Source: Candidatus Obscuribacterales bacterium (GTDB lineage: Bacteria > Cyanobacteriota > Vampirovibrionia > Obscuribacterales > Obscuribacteraceae). From it: a stretch of 64,000 nt of DNA. How positions within the stretch are numbered: the stretch's first letter is position 1; the number at the start of each line of letters is the position of its first letter. The stretch spans positions 3,168,001-3,232,000 of the forward strand of contig CBDDIJ010000003.1 in the NCBI GenBank assembly GCA_965228855.1, in the 5' to 3' direction. Position numbers and translations under genes: made by a program. The notes beneath the pieces are model-generated. The model was not told where the DNA came from, made no database searches, and saw nothing but the letters and a program-made list of their open reading frames with translations. Positions 51,085-60,719 of the stretch are shown here, in pieces.

Positions 51085-51912
51085 TCAAAACACGTTTTTG
51101 TCGCGAAGCTTGCCGGTGCTGTGATTGCACATTAGGTCCAGAGTGCCCGTTTGCCCGTCCCTGTTCCTGGCGATGATCAGTTCAACTTCCCCTCTCACAA
51201 GACTTTCAGGGTTGTAGAACTCATCTGAATAGATAAATCCGACAACATTTGCCACGCCCGCTTCTCGCAGATCGAGCAGTCTTGGTCGTTTGTCATTGCG
51301 TTCTTCCAGATCGCTCGCTACATGACAGGCGGCCACCACAGCGACATTGAGTTCAACGGCAACACTCTTAAGTTCTTCCAGATGCAATGAAACAGACTTT
51401 TCACCATCGGACATATGCGCGACAGGATCGACGAACACCAGCTTCACTTCGGTTCCTTCTTGAATTAGTTTCTTACACTCCTCGGAGATTGCGCTGGCGC
51501 CAATGAATGTAGAGTCATGAACATGAATCGGTGAGTTGCCGAGTTCCGAAAATGCAGTGTCCAATTTGAACCAGTCCGTGTCGTAGAGATAGCCTGTCCG
51601 AATTCGATTTGAGTCGACTTCCGCGAGGGTTCCCGCCATTCGCTGCACAATTTGCTCACGCGATACATCCAAGGAAAACCAAGCGATTGGGATTCTCTGG
51701 CCGACTCCGATGTTCAGCGCGAAATTCAAGCACAGTCTCGTCGTGCCCACACCAGGTCTGGCTGCTACGATCAGCAGCTCGCCTGCCTGCAATCCACCTG
51801 TGAGGCAGTCATAGTCAACAAAACCAGTAGAGAGCCCGGTCAGGCTCTTGCATTCAAAACGCCGTCGAATTTGAGCATACGAACTGGTAACTATGTCTTT
51901 CGAATGCAACAT
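51085..51912 (-). CDS. Stand-alone DnaB helicase C-terminal domain with degenerate catalytic motifs
   Basis: TGLSTGF..YD.LTGGLQAGELLIVAARPGVGTT, KRPRLLDLRE, ELIIARNRDG; no N-terminal DnaB domain. Confidence 0.88.
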   Translation of the reverse strand: MLHSKDIVTSSYAQIRRRFECKSLTGLSTGFVDYDCLTGGLQAGELLIVAARPGVGTTRLCLNFALNIGVGQRIPIAWFSLDVSREQIVQRMAGTLAEVDSNRIRTGYLYDTDWFKLDTAFSELGNSPIHVHDSTFIGASAISEECKKLIQEGTEVKLVFVDPVAHMSDGEKSVSLHLEELKSVAVELNVAVVAACHVASDLEERNDKRPRLLDLREAGVANVVGFIYSDEFYNPESLVRGEVELIIARNRDGQTGTLDLMCNHSTGKLRDKNVF

Positions 51913-52069
51913 ATCGTTCCCCTATATACCGATCATTTCGACAGCGGTCACCACATATGGTGCTTCTTCGGAATAATGCGCAAACGAAAAGCATAACAGA
52001 CGTGGTCTGGCGAGCACAATTACTCCTGATCGCTATTGACCATAACACTCCTGCAAATAGCAAATCGGT

Positions 52070-52699
52070 TCATGTAGACGATGCATATCCGTCCGAATTC
52101 GATTGAAATACTTCTTCCAGAATTTCATCTTCTGGGGCAGTCGACACGTTCGGCATCGCAGCAAAGAATTTCTCTGCACGAGCAATGACTTCGTCGATTG
52201 ACTTAGCTCTGAATATTTCGGTATGCAGTTGTTCAATGCCAACCGTAACGCTGTCTATTGCTGCGCGCTCCCACGTTCTGCGGCAGGGCCAAGTTCTGAT
52301 CGACATTGCGAACGGCGCTGAACATCGATGTTTTCTCAATCGCCCTTCCATGTCAGTAGTGAATCCCACTTTGATACGACCGGGGTCGTGCTCCGGTTCG
52401 AGCTGGACGATGTAAAAACATCCAACATCCGCAATCACATAGTCGAATTCGCTGCTGGCTTCTGTTCCAGTTCTGGTCCTGCTCACTACCTCTGAGCGCA
52501 CGGCCAGCGCTTCTTCTCTGGTAATCGTTGCCACAAGTTGGTTGCGCTTATCGGCATCGCGCCGTTTAATTGGTGTAATCCCGAGCCGCTTCGCGATTTT
52601 GAACAATGTCTGCTTATGGCACTGCATCTCATCCGCGAGATCCGGTAAGGCAATTCTATCTGCCAACTCTGAAACGATTGTCGGCTGTTCATCGCCCAT
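52070..52699 (-). CDS. HTH + GIY-YIG (T5orf172/Mug113-like) nuclease
   Basis: N-terminal helix-turn-helix-like region; GCFYIVQ...RIKVGFTTDMEGRL...E...TEIF. Confidence 0.7.
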   Translation of the reverse strand: MGDEQPTIVSELADRIALPDLADEMQCHKQTLFKIAKRLGITPIKRRDADKRNQLVATITREEALAVRSEVVSRTRTGTEASSEFDYVIADVGCFYIVQLEPEHDPGRIKVGFTTDMEGRLRKHRCSAPFAMSIRTWPCRRTWERAAIDSVTVGIEQLHTEIFRAKSIDEVIARAEKFFAAMPNVSTAPEDEILEEVFQSNSDGYASST

Positions 52700-52738
52700 C
52701 AGTAGACACCTCGCAAAAACGTTTAAATCATACCAAAT

Positions 52739-54247
52739 TTGTCATGTGGCAATCGGGACAATGCCGCACAGAGTAAGATGCTCAGATACTCGGAAAATAG
52801 TTCATCAAAACGAACACGTGCAATATCAGCCCAGGAGAAATATCACATGCATGGCAAGTTCAGCAGTCATAAGTTCGAACAACTTATCAATAAAGGAAAT
52901 CGAACAGGCAAGAAAGGCAATCACAAGGCAGCCCAAAAGTACTATCTGGAGGCCTTGCAGGAGACCGAAAAGAGCGGCACCGATCAAAAATCGAAGACGA
53001 TCGCGAACTTCAAACTTGGCGCCAGCGAGTATCGAAGAGGTAACCACGAAGCTGCAATCCCGTATCTGCTTGAAACCTACAAAGCCATTAATGAAGACTA
53101 TTTCGATGAAAAATCCAAGTTGCTCGTTCTGTCGGGTCTCGGTGCCTTCTACAATGCCAACGGCGAACTGCAACGTGCTGAAGAATTTCTGAATCAAGCC
53201 ATCAATATCGAACGTTCTCTTCGAAAGCAAGGCACACCTTATCTCGCCACAAATCTGGGGCTGCTGGGAAGCATCTACAGCTCCACGAGCCGCGTTTCAG
53301 ATGCAATACCGTTAATCGAAGAAGCCCTGTTGCTTATGCCGGAGCAGAGTCCATTCGAGCGCAGCACGCTAGAGCGACTCCTCGAAAAAATCTTGGAGGA
53401 GCAGGGGAATACCGAAAAGCTTTCGGCATTGAAGACTGCCAGAAACGAAAAACTACTCGAACGGGTCATGAAACCGCGCGCTATCAAGCGCGAGCCTTAT
53501 GACGTACCGAGGCATTGGCCTTGGGATAACGTCACGGAGTATCTCGATTACGTCTTTAGAAACACAGCTGCAACGGCGGGAAATGAGCCTGAGACCTTCC
53601 TTCAGTTTAGAAAAATCGATGCACAGTTCAGGGTTTTGGAAGAAAACTTACGAGCGTATTTGGCTACCAAGCTTGCAAGCCAGCGAAGTGAAGGCAAGAA
53701 GTTTTCACAACTTGTCGTTGACAATGAAGATTGGCTGGAAATCTTCTTCCTCATGCGAGCGCACTCCTCATGGCTCTCTGCCGTCGGTCTCTGCGCTGCC
53801 GGCCAAGTTCAGGAGGCTCACATGGTCTTGCGCGGCAGTGTCGAAAATGCCCTTTACGCATATCGGGTATTCAGGAGTCCGAAAGTTAAGAAGTACTGGT
53901 TTCGTCGAGACGATCCAGACCAAGAGGTGAGAGAAAAGGCGAAACGTTGTTTCTCCATCAAAGAAATTTCCACGCAGATGGAAGCAACTGATCCGTTTCT
54001 CAATGAGCGGTCTGCAGCATTGTATGAAACGTTGATTCAAGAGGGTGGACATCCGAACGTGCAGACATTTTGGAGATCTGCCATGCAAGAAAACGAACGG
54101 GGACAGTTGAGACTATCGGTCAGCTATCTTGATCCTGAGTCAGCGCCTCTACAAACGGTCATTGAGTCAGGAGAATTTTGTTTGTGGGTCTTTCAGATTG
54201 TCTTTCCGGAATACTCCGCTTATAAGGCGCCAAGTTCAGCTTCCTGA
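52739..54247 (+). CDS. TPR + C-terminal DUF5677/HEPN-like helical domain fusion
   Basis: Four or five TPRs, then AHMVLRGSVENALY and LYETLIQEGGHPN motifs. Start probably ATG 52779 or 52848. Confidence 0.65.
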   Translation: MSCGNRDNAAQSKMLRYSENSSSKRTRAISAQEKYHMHGKFSSHKFEQLINKGNRTGKKGNHKAAQKYYLEALQETEKSGTDQKSKTIANFKLGASEYRRGNHEAAIPYLLETYKAINEDYFDEKSKLLVLSGLGAFYNANGELQRAEEFLNQAINIERSLRKQGTPYLATNLGLLGSIYSSTSRVSDAIPLIEEALLLMPEQSPFERSTLERLLEKILEEQGNTEKLSALKTARNEKLLERVMKPRAIKREPYDVPRHWPWDNVTEYLDYVFRNTAATAGNEPETFLQFRKIDAQFRVLEENLRAYLATKLASQRSEGKKFSQLVVDNEDWLEIFFLMRAHSSWLSAVGLCAAGQVQEAHMVLRGSVENALYAYRVFRSPKVKKYWFRRDDPDQEVREKAKRCFSIKEISTQMEATDPFLNERSAALYETLIQEGGHPNVQTFWRSAMQENERGQLRLSVSYLDPESAPLQTVIESGEFCLWVFQIVFPEYSAYKAPSSAS

Positions 54248-54297
54248 CTTCATTGCCGCCGTTCAAATGACGGCGCCATTAGCGGTGGTCTCATAGG

Positions 54298-55740
54298 TTA
54301 GTCGTCAAAATCATCAATGCAACCACCTCTGATGTACTGATAGTCTTTGAATGTTGAACGAGTGGTAGTTCGCTTCCAGACAAGCTCTTCACCAAGACCA
54401 AGGTGAACAAGCAGAAGCCCATTGAGAAGGGCACCAAGCGCGATGTTGGCACCAGCAATTTTCGTTGGTGACAATTTCTTTGCCCGCAACTTATCGGTGA
54501 AGTGCGTGTAATAGTTTCTCGTGTTCACAATTTCTCGCACCATGTCCCAATCGCCGACGAAGGACTCCTTGGTATCGGCCGGAAGCGAGTTCAGGAGATC
54601 GCTGAGCATGTCCCGCTGAGACAATTGATTTCCGTGTTCGATATTCGCCTTCAGCTTACCTTCGAACGAAGATTCGAGACCTTCAGGAATCAACTCCAGC
54701 AATTTTTTCAATAGAACGTCGTACTCTTCTTGCTGCATGTACACCTTTGTCCGAGTTGCACGATGAAACGCCTCCAGTGCCTGACACCACATCACAAAAT
54801 TTATCTCTGTGTGGAGCGCTGGATAACTCAGGAGGCTCGCAAAGAGAAATACTACGGACTGAAGACCTTCTGAACTGTCGTACCAATTTTTAACTGAGTT
54901 CTGAAATTGATTGGGATTCAACTCTGAAAGCCGTAGAAGCAGCCCATCTTTCTTGCGTCGTTTCCCCCATTCCTTTTCAATCGAAAAGTAGAGTGGCAAT
55001 AATTCTCCGGTCGGTGATGAAATTTGCGCCCGCAGCGGAGAGCAAGGGACACCATGAACCATTTCGAGGTAGTTTCCAAACATGGAAGCGAGGCGCAAAA
55101 GTTCCTGGATGACCATCGGTTTTCTCGCTTTGATTTCTACCCAAACTTCCTTGTTGACAGTAAGCTTTGAGCGCTCATTGCTCACGGTTCGCACGAACAG
55201 AAGATTTATTGCATAACCGCCCATATCAACGGACTGAAGAATCTCTTCCGAGGGCTCTGTTTTGTTCTCCTTCTGCTTTTCTTCGGGCAAAGCCGATTCC
55301 AATAGGTCTGAATACAGAAATCGCAAGGAGGAAGCTTCGAAGTTGTCCGCTTCAATGTGCGCGCCGATCACAACTCTTCTTGCATAAAACCGACTGTGAT
55401 TATAACCAGGGAATGTCATATTAGCCGAAGTCAGATCCGCGCCAATGATGGAGAAGGGTAAGCCAAGAGCAGAAATTCCGTGCAGGACGGCAGCCTGTTC
55501 AGCGATGCGTCGTCCTTCTCCGTTGGTGAATTCAGTCTGACCCTTTCGGGAACTCCACAGCCAATCTTGTAGCGATAATGACAACTGCGCCTTGGAGCCT
55601 TCCACCTTCAAAACGCCAGGAGCCTGATTCTCCATATCGCCTGGAAGCCACCAGTAGCCTTCAAATTCAAAGTCGTCAAACAACGTATACTTGACTGCGC
55701 CTAGTTCCGCTGCAACACGTTGACTTAGATTTGCCGTCAT
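54298..55740 (-). CDS. ApeA-type HEPN ribonuclease (ApeA N-terminal domain + HEPN)
   Basis: EGYWWLP....PGVL N-terminus, QALEAFHR, HEPN RxxxxH motif RNYYTH. Confidence 0.85.
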   Translation of the reverse strand: MTANLSQRVAAELGAVKYTLFDDFEFEGYWWLPGDMENQAPGVLKVEGSKAQLSLSLQDWLWSSRKGQTEFTNGEGRRIAEQAAVLHGISALGLPFSIIGADLTSANMTFPGYNHSRFYARRVVIGAHIEADNFEASSLRFLYSDLLESALPEEKQKENKTEPSEEILQSVDMGGYAINLLFVRTVSNERSKLTVNKEVWVEIKARKPMVIQELLRLASMFGNYLEMVHGVPCSPLRAQISSPTGELLPLYFSIEKEWGKRRKKDGLLLRLSELNPNQFQNSVKNWYDSSEGLQSVVFLFASLLSYPALHTEINFVMWCQALEAFHRATRTKVYMQQEEYDVLLKKLLELIPEGLESSFEGKLKANIEHGNQLSQRDMLSDLLNSLPADTKESFVGDWDMVREIVNTRNYYTHFTDKLRAKKLSPTKIAGANIALGALLNGLLLVHLGLGEELVWKRTTTRSTFKDYQYIRGGCIDDFDD

Positions 55741-55892
55741 GGAAAGATCCTCCAGATGCCCAGGCGGATCATACTACCGGCTGTTCACAAATTCTGAAAG
55801 AACCATGACTGAAGTCCGTGCAATTTCATTCAAGGCGCTTGTGAACCAATGACCACCTAGCATTGAGATGTTCCGCTGTTCACATGAACGAT

Positions 55893-56303
55893 TCAGTCAC
55901 GTGGCGAAACGCTGCTTGACTTCGAAAGAGAGTTAGTAGCCATCTGGACTAGAAGTTTCTCTGCAAATCTTCTCAATTCACGGTCGCTTTCTTTGGTGCC
56001 CTCATCGCAGCTTTCCGGAGTATTCTCAACTCTAGGGTGACCTGTTAGTCGATCAAGAATTTCCAACTTCAGCCTCTGCAGTTTGCAGGCGGAGTTGATC
56101 AGATTCGCATAAGCAATCGAGGCATTGTAGGCAGAGATCTTCTTTTCTTTCAATTCAGTCAAGACAGTGTCAAATACGAAGGTCTCAATCTCCTCAATCC
56201 TGGATTGAGCACGACCAACACGCGCCATTGTGTCGGTAAGTTCGTTAGACAGAGCCTTGTAGAGCCGTATGACATCAGGGTTTGTAGCGGTAGTTCCTTT
56301 CAC
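55893..56303 (-). CDS. Helical hypothetical protein, last gene of the replication operon
   Basis: 136-aa ORF with GGAGGA RBS upstream. Confidence 0.65.
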   Translation of the reverse strand: MKGTTATNPDVIRLYKALSNELTDTMARVGRAQSRIEEIETFVFDTVLTELKEKKISAYNASIAYANLINSACKLQRLKLEILDRLTGHPRVENTPESCDEGTKESDRELRRFAEKLLVQMATNSLSKSSSVSPRD

Positions 56304-56365
56304 TTGGTTTTCCTCCGTGTACTACGATTAAAGCACGCGGGAAATGAAGAAGTTCTCCATTCCAT

Positions 56366-56408
56366 TCCCCTCCCCTCCCCTCCCCTCCCCTCCCCTCCCC
56401 TCCCCTCC
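56366..56408 (-). repeat. (TCCCC)8 / (GGGGA)8 pentanucleotide microsatellite
   Basis: Eight perfect units at 56366-56405 plus TCC. Confidence 0.95.
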
Positions 56409-56427
56409 TTTGCCACCATATTTGGTG

Positions 56428-57321
56428 TCATATAAAAAACGCACGAATCAGATCTCTTACTGTATGGACGTTGTTCGGTCCGCCATACACGCAACAAAAC
56501 TTCGAACCGTCAAGAGTTATTCGCAAGTTGTCTTTAGACCGATCATGTCCCTCCATCGCACAAAGAGGACATTGAGCAACCCAGCCGTTTCCAACTCTAC
56601 GTCGATCTGAGACGACATCCAATACATTAAAGCGCTTCGAAGAAAACCTCCTCTTCAAAATCGGACGGACTAATTTGCTGCGATCTCGTTGCTTATCCAA
56701 ATGACGCAAATACGAAGCAAGCCGCATTACGTGCTTGGCACTGTTCAGTTGCTGTTGTGTGAACCATAGCAATTGACTGTCAACATCTATAGCATTGCAA
56801 TTCTCGAACAAGCTCCTTCTATCACCGGCATCTGGCTTTCGGTGTATTCCCAGCGGAACGCGGAGGCAGGAACCGACTTTGTCCACACTGGATTGTTTGG
56901 GGAAGAACTCAAGCGCATCCGGTGGCAGTCCAGCATGCGCCATGACTTCGTCATTGAACCTCCTCAAGTCCGTTGCAGGCAGCGTTTGATCAAAGAATAG
57001 CCATAGATGCCCCTCCCTACCTTCTCTGCGCGCGTCAACAAGGCCGTGCAAACCTAAGCCGCTAACAACCTGTTCGATTTTGGCAAGCCTACCATCATCA
57101 TGGTCGCTGTCCCAGGCACACCATCTACAGTGCCCATTTTTATCCAGGGATGGGAGAGCGACAGTAATGCTTCCCTCAAAGTGTTTCCGGAATAATTCCA
57201 TGGTTACCGGTTCTTCTACAAACCTATAGCCAAAGAGAGCTTTGAACCTCCACTGCTGAAGATAACCATGGTTGCTATTCACCAGTTGGGAAGCGAACGA
57301 TTGAATCAAATCATTCTTCAT
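56428..57321 (-). CDS. Archaeo-eukaryotic primase (TOTE-type AEP domain) with C-terminal zinc-binding domain
   Basis: HFEGSITV, CAWDSD (DxD), GHLWLFF, EFFPKQ, LRVPLG; CPLC..GHD...C. AGGAGA RBS before ATG 57321. Confidence 0.8.
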   Translation of the reverse strand: MKNDLIQSFASQLVNSNHGYLQQWRFKALFGYRFVEEPVTMELFRKHFEGSITVALPSLDKNGHCRWCAWDSDHDDGRLAKIEQVVSGLGLHGLVDARREGREGHLWLFFDQTLPATDLRRFNDEVMAHAGLPPDALEFFPKQSSVDKVGSCLRVPLGIHRKPDAGDRRSLFENCNAIDVDSQLLWFTQQQLNSAKHVMRLASYLRHLDKQRDRSKLVRPILKRRFSSKRFNVLDVVSDRRRVGNGWVAQCPLCAMEGHDRSKDNLRITLDGSKFCCVYGGPNNVHTVRDLIRAFFI

Positions 57322-57640
57322 ATGCGATTCTCCTATCTCTTTAGTTAACGGCTTGGTCTCAGCTTGGTTGTGCAAATCCTGCGCAATAACATGTACTGCA
57401 CGGGTCGAGATGTCTCCGGACGCGTGCTCAATTCAGATGTGCAATCACTCGCCGAGGAGCTCTCCTTTTCCGAATGCTCATTGATCAGCGGCGACCAAAA
57501 GCGCACGTGCCAGTTCCAATAACAATTGCAAGTGAGATTGAAACACGCGCTGTTCGGTCGCTTTACCTATGCAAGTGGTTCACTGCATAAGATTTGCACG
57601 GTTGCATAGTCCCCAGATACGAGAGCACCCAGGAGCCTCG

Positions 57641-59383
57641 TTAGTCCTTCGCCCCATTACTGTCCGATGTATCATTTCCTCTCGTCCGCAGCTTGCGCGG
57701 CAAGAATCCACGCACTTTTTTGGAATTCTCAATCGCTCTTTTGGCTGCCAATTGAGTAAAGTTTTCACAGCCAATGGCGGCTTGCTCGGCGACCATCTCT
57801 TTTTGAGCTTGTGAGAATTTTGGACCCGATTTGAAGCGCTGCTCGCCGCCAGGATCGACACTGGCAACCTCGATGAGACCAAGCTCCCGCCATGCCGCTA
57901 CATAGCTGTCCACGGTTCTCTTACTCTTTACAAGAAGTTGGCGCATTTCAAGCCGACTGAGAGTCTTTTTCTTGTAACCAAATCCTTGTTTCGCCGCATC
58001 CAGATCATCGTCATCAAGAATCTCGATGATTTTGTAAAATGCGTTTTCATGAGCTTGTCCGCTTGCTTGGTAGACGCTCGGGACACAACATTCGAAAACA
58101 TCAACCACCTCATTGTAATCCTCAATTGTTGCAACCAACACCTTCCGTTCTTCTATGATGTTGACCTCTCGATTGTGCTGGTTCAGAAGAGCGTGACTTG
58201 CGATTAATACCTTCAAGAGATCTACTCGACGGCAATCGTCTTCATGGAGACTTTCGCGATCGCCCTCCTCATGAATTTGCCTTAGGAATGACATTTCAAT
58301 ATCATTCAGCGCATCTGAGTTGCTACTATCTAAAGATTGAAGTCTCGAAAAGAAACAGTTCCATCCTTTCCAAATTTCCCGGCATCGCTCTACCGAAACC
58401 TGCTCGGCCGCGCCCAGCTTGATGGCCATTACCTTTACTAGAGACTCCATGTTGTGAGTGATCTCGATCCAGAAGCTTCGATTTCTCCACTGTTCATCCC
58501 ACTTTAACGGATGCGTAACTGTCGTCGCGACGTGGTGTACTGGGCCTTTCAAAACATACTGAACTGAACGCCGGCCCTTGCCAGTGACCTCCTCGCTTGA
58601 CTTGTGTATGTAGACACCTTTGGTCGTAAGCTGCCATATGATCTGTAGCATCTTGAAGGGTTGGACGACGGCTGGCGGATTCAGTTCGTCATGGACAACA
58701 ATCTTGTTTGCAAGCCCTTCTCCATCAGTCCCACCAGCGAACACAAGACCCAACTCGCTGCAAGAAGATTGTCTTTCGATAACGCCGCTGTCACCGCCAG
58801 TGGTGCAATCTAAAAATCGAAGGATCTGCTCGACATATGCACTCTTTCCAGCAGAACTCGAACCATAGACCATGGTCTGTGTCCCCATCAGAGTGCCAGT
58901 TTTCTGCCATGCCACCAAGTTGAGTTTTTGGAAGCCGATTACGAGCAGCGCCATCTTTGTAAGCAATGCGGATGCCCAATAACCGGTAAGATTGAAGTCT
59001 TGATGAAACCGCGAGGAGATTCTCCCTTCGGCTTCAAGTTCTTGAGCAAACGCATTTTCCATCTCAGTAAACTGAACACCCTCCCGCTGTGCCTGGTCAT
59101 CGGAAACCCTCGTGTAAATCCGTCTCAGTTTGCAATAAGACTTGTCGATCTCTGTGATCAGCTTTCCCGTTTCTTTGCTCCAGTGCGAGAAATGAGCTTT
59201 AACCTGATCGTCGCTTTGACCCGCGACGATCATCTCGACAATTTGGTGCTCCAAATCTGCTTCCGAAAGCGTTGACGATTCTACGCACTCCGGTTCTGTT
59301 TCAACTGCTTCACCAGCGATCATTTTCTTTGCATCCTCAAGTGTCAAATCCGGTTTGCTTGAGTCTGACTCATTCGTTTCCAT
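57641..59383 (-). CDS. P-loop AAA+-like replicative helicase/ATPase with C-terminal winged helix
   Basis: Walker A GSSSAGKS, Walker B IVVHDE, NRSF arginine-finger-like motif, SKRTVDSYVAAWRELGLIE wHTH. Confidence 0.7.
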   Translation of the reverse strand: METNESDSSKPDLTLEDAKKMIAGEAVETEPECVESSTLSEADLEHQIVEMIVAGQSDDQVKAHFSHWSKETGKLITEIDKSYCKLRRIYTRVSDDQAQREGVQFTEMENAFAQELEAEGRISSRFHQDFNLTGYWASALLTKMALLVIGFQKLNLVAWQKTGTLMGTQTMVYGSSSAGKSAYVEQILRFLDCTTGGDSGVIERQSSCSELGLVFAGGTDGEGLANKIVVHDELNPPAVVQPFKMLQIIWQLTTKGVYIHKSSEEVTGKGRRSVQYVLKGPVHHVATTVTHPLKWDEQWRNRSFWIEITHNMESLVKVMAIKLGAAEQVSVERCREIWKGWNCFFSRLQSLDSSNSDALNDIEMSFLRQIHEEGDRESLHEDDCRRVDLLKVLIASHALLNQHNREVNIIEERKVLVATIEDYNEVVDVFECCVPSVYQASGQAHENAFYKIIEILDDDDLDAAKQGFGYKKKTLSRLEMRQLLVKSKRTVDSYVAAWRELGLIEVASVDPGGEQRFKSGPKFSQAQKEMVAEQAAIGCENFTQLAAKRAIENSKKVRGFLPRKLRTRGNDTSDSNGAKD

Positions 59384-59415
59384 GCCTGTTTCCCCTTCTT
59401 ATTCGTAAGGTAAGC

Positions 59416-59667
59416 CTAGTCCTGCGATGTTGAAGTCTTGATTTGTTGCTCGACCCAGTCTTCCAGGTCCGCTCTTTGGTACCGCACGATCCTGCGAGAC
59501 AGTCTGCAAAAACGCGGTCCATTGCCCCTCATCCGACTAACCTCAAGAAACCGTACGCTGACACCAAGAAGCTTTGCCGCTTCTGCAGTTGAAAGTAGCA
59601 ACGAGTCAGCACCAGTGTCACAACCGAGATCCACGGGACTGCTGCCTTTCTCCTTCGAATCATCCAT
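59416..59667 (-). CDS. Excisionase / AlpA-like HTH (recombination directionality factor)
   Basis: LLSTAEAAKLLGVS...R..GNGPRF.....VRYQRADLEDWV; GAGGAGG RBS before ATG 59667. Confidence 0.88.
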   Translation of the reverse strand: MDDSKEKGSSPVDLGCDTGADSLLLSTAEAAKLLGVSVRFLEVSRMRGNGPRFCRLSRRIVRYQRADLEDWVEQQIKTSTSQD

Positions 59668-59792
59668 ATCTGTCCTCCTCTCCGGCTTCACCAAGAGCCG
59701 ACAGGAAAGACTCTGACATTCGAAACCGGCCTTACCAATGGTGCGGCCGGAGTCCATAAGTTCTGTAACGCTCAGCGCCGAAGCTGTGCAGG

Positions 59793-60500
59793 CTAAATTT
59801 TTCCTTCCTCTTTCAACCTTCGAATGACACGCCTGACAGAGTCTATATCTTTGTATAAGGGCCTAATTCGCTTGAGAATTACTGCTGCCAGCCTATGCTG
59901 GCTCGTCTGAGGTGCCAACACCCGATAGAGTCGAAGAACCTCCGCCTCACGCGTTTCTGCGTTGGCCCTGTTTGTAGTTTGCGCTTTTTTACTATTAGCT
60001 CGGTTCTTTTCACATATTGTTCTCCCGAGAGGAGCGAGTCTCGCGTCCTCCCGGCGAAGTATCAGTTGATAATCCGAATAGAGATGGAGCAATTGAAAAT
60101 GAAACTCGTCACCCTCGCCGCCAAGAGATTCTGCAATCAACGAACGATAGTACAGATCGAAGAAACTCTGCATGTCTTCTTCAGAAATGCACCGAATCTT
60201 CGAATCCAACAACTGCTGTGCCGACCTTTGCATGCGGCACGCTTCCATCATAGCGGTGGCATACGTTCGAATTTCCATAATCATCTCAAGCTTACTCTTT
60301 GCTGTCCATGGACCGTGCTGAACTAGTTCCTCGAATTCAGGGTCATCAACTATGTCAAAGTCGAAGGGTCTAGGCATCCCTTTTGCGATTTCCCTGAGGC
60401 GTCTGTTTTGAATGCTACATAAGCCTTCGAGACGCGCATCGAAAGCTTCTGTCCACCATGGCGGTCTATTGCCTTGACGTTGCTCGTTCAAGCCGTCCAT
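59793..60500 (-). CDS. Hypothetical helical protein between integrase and excisionase
   Basis: 235-aa ORF with GGAG RBS; basic C-terminal HTH-like end. Confidence 0.7.
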   Translation of the reverse strand: MDGLNEQRQGNRPPWWTEAFDARLEGLCSIQNRRLREIAKGMPRPFDFDIVDDPEFEELVQHGPWTAKSKLEMIMEIRTYATAMMEACRMQRSAQQLLDSKIRCISEEDMQSFFDLYYRSLIAESLGGEGDEFHFQLLHLYSDYQLILRREDARLAPLGRTICEKNRANSKKAQTTNRANAETREAEVLRLYRVLAPQTSQHRLAAVILKRIRPLYKDIDSVRRVIRRLKEEGKI

Positions 60501-60623
60501 TCTTTTCTCCCAATTGTTGCAGCAGCGCGAGACGGGAATATCGCCTCCGATAAATCAAGTCGTGAAAGTCTATCAGCATTTCCTGACGAATCGATGCTGT
60601 TTCCATTTCTATTTCGAAAGTTT

Positions 60624-60682
60624 AAAAACGGTAGGAGCAAGGTAGCAACGCCTTCCTACCGCATTCCTACCGCATTCCTACC
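60624..60682 (-). terminator. Terminator-like hairpin after the integrase, with a triplicated 5' arm
   Basis: Minus strand: GGTAGGAATGC GGTAGGAATGC GGTAGGAAGGC ... TCCTACCG TTTTT. Confidence 0.6.
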
Positions 60683-60719
60683 ATTCACTACTGCCGCCAG
60701 TGTAGCACCGTCTCTAGTA

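Noticed and set aside
51085..51912. The host replicative helicase dnaB
   Set aside because: It lacks the N-terminal domain and Walker A lysine and lies inside the island.
56205..56610. ORFs with PSPPL / GRGGE repeats
   Set aside because: These are translation artefacts of the (TCCCC)8 microsatellite.
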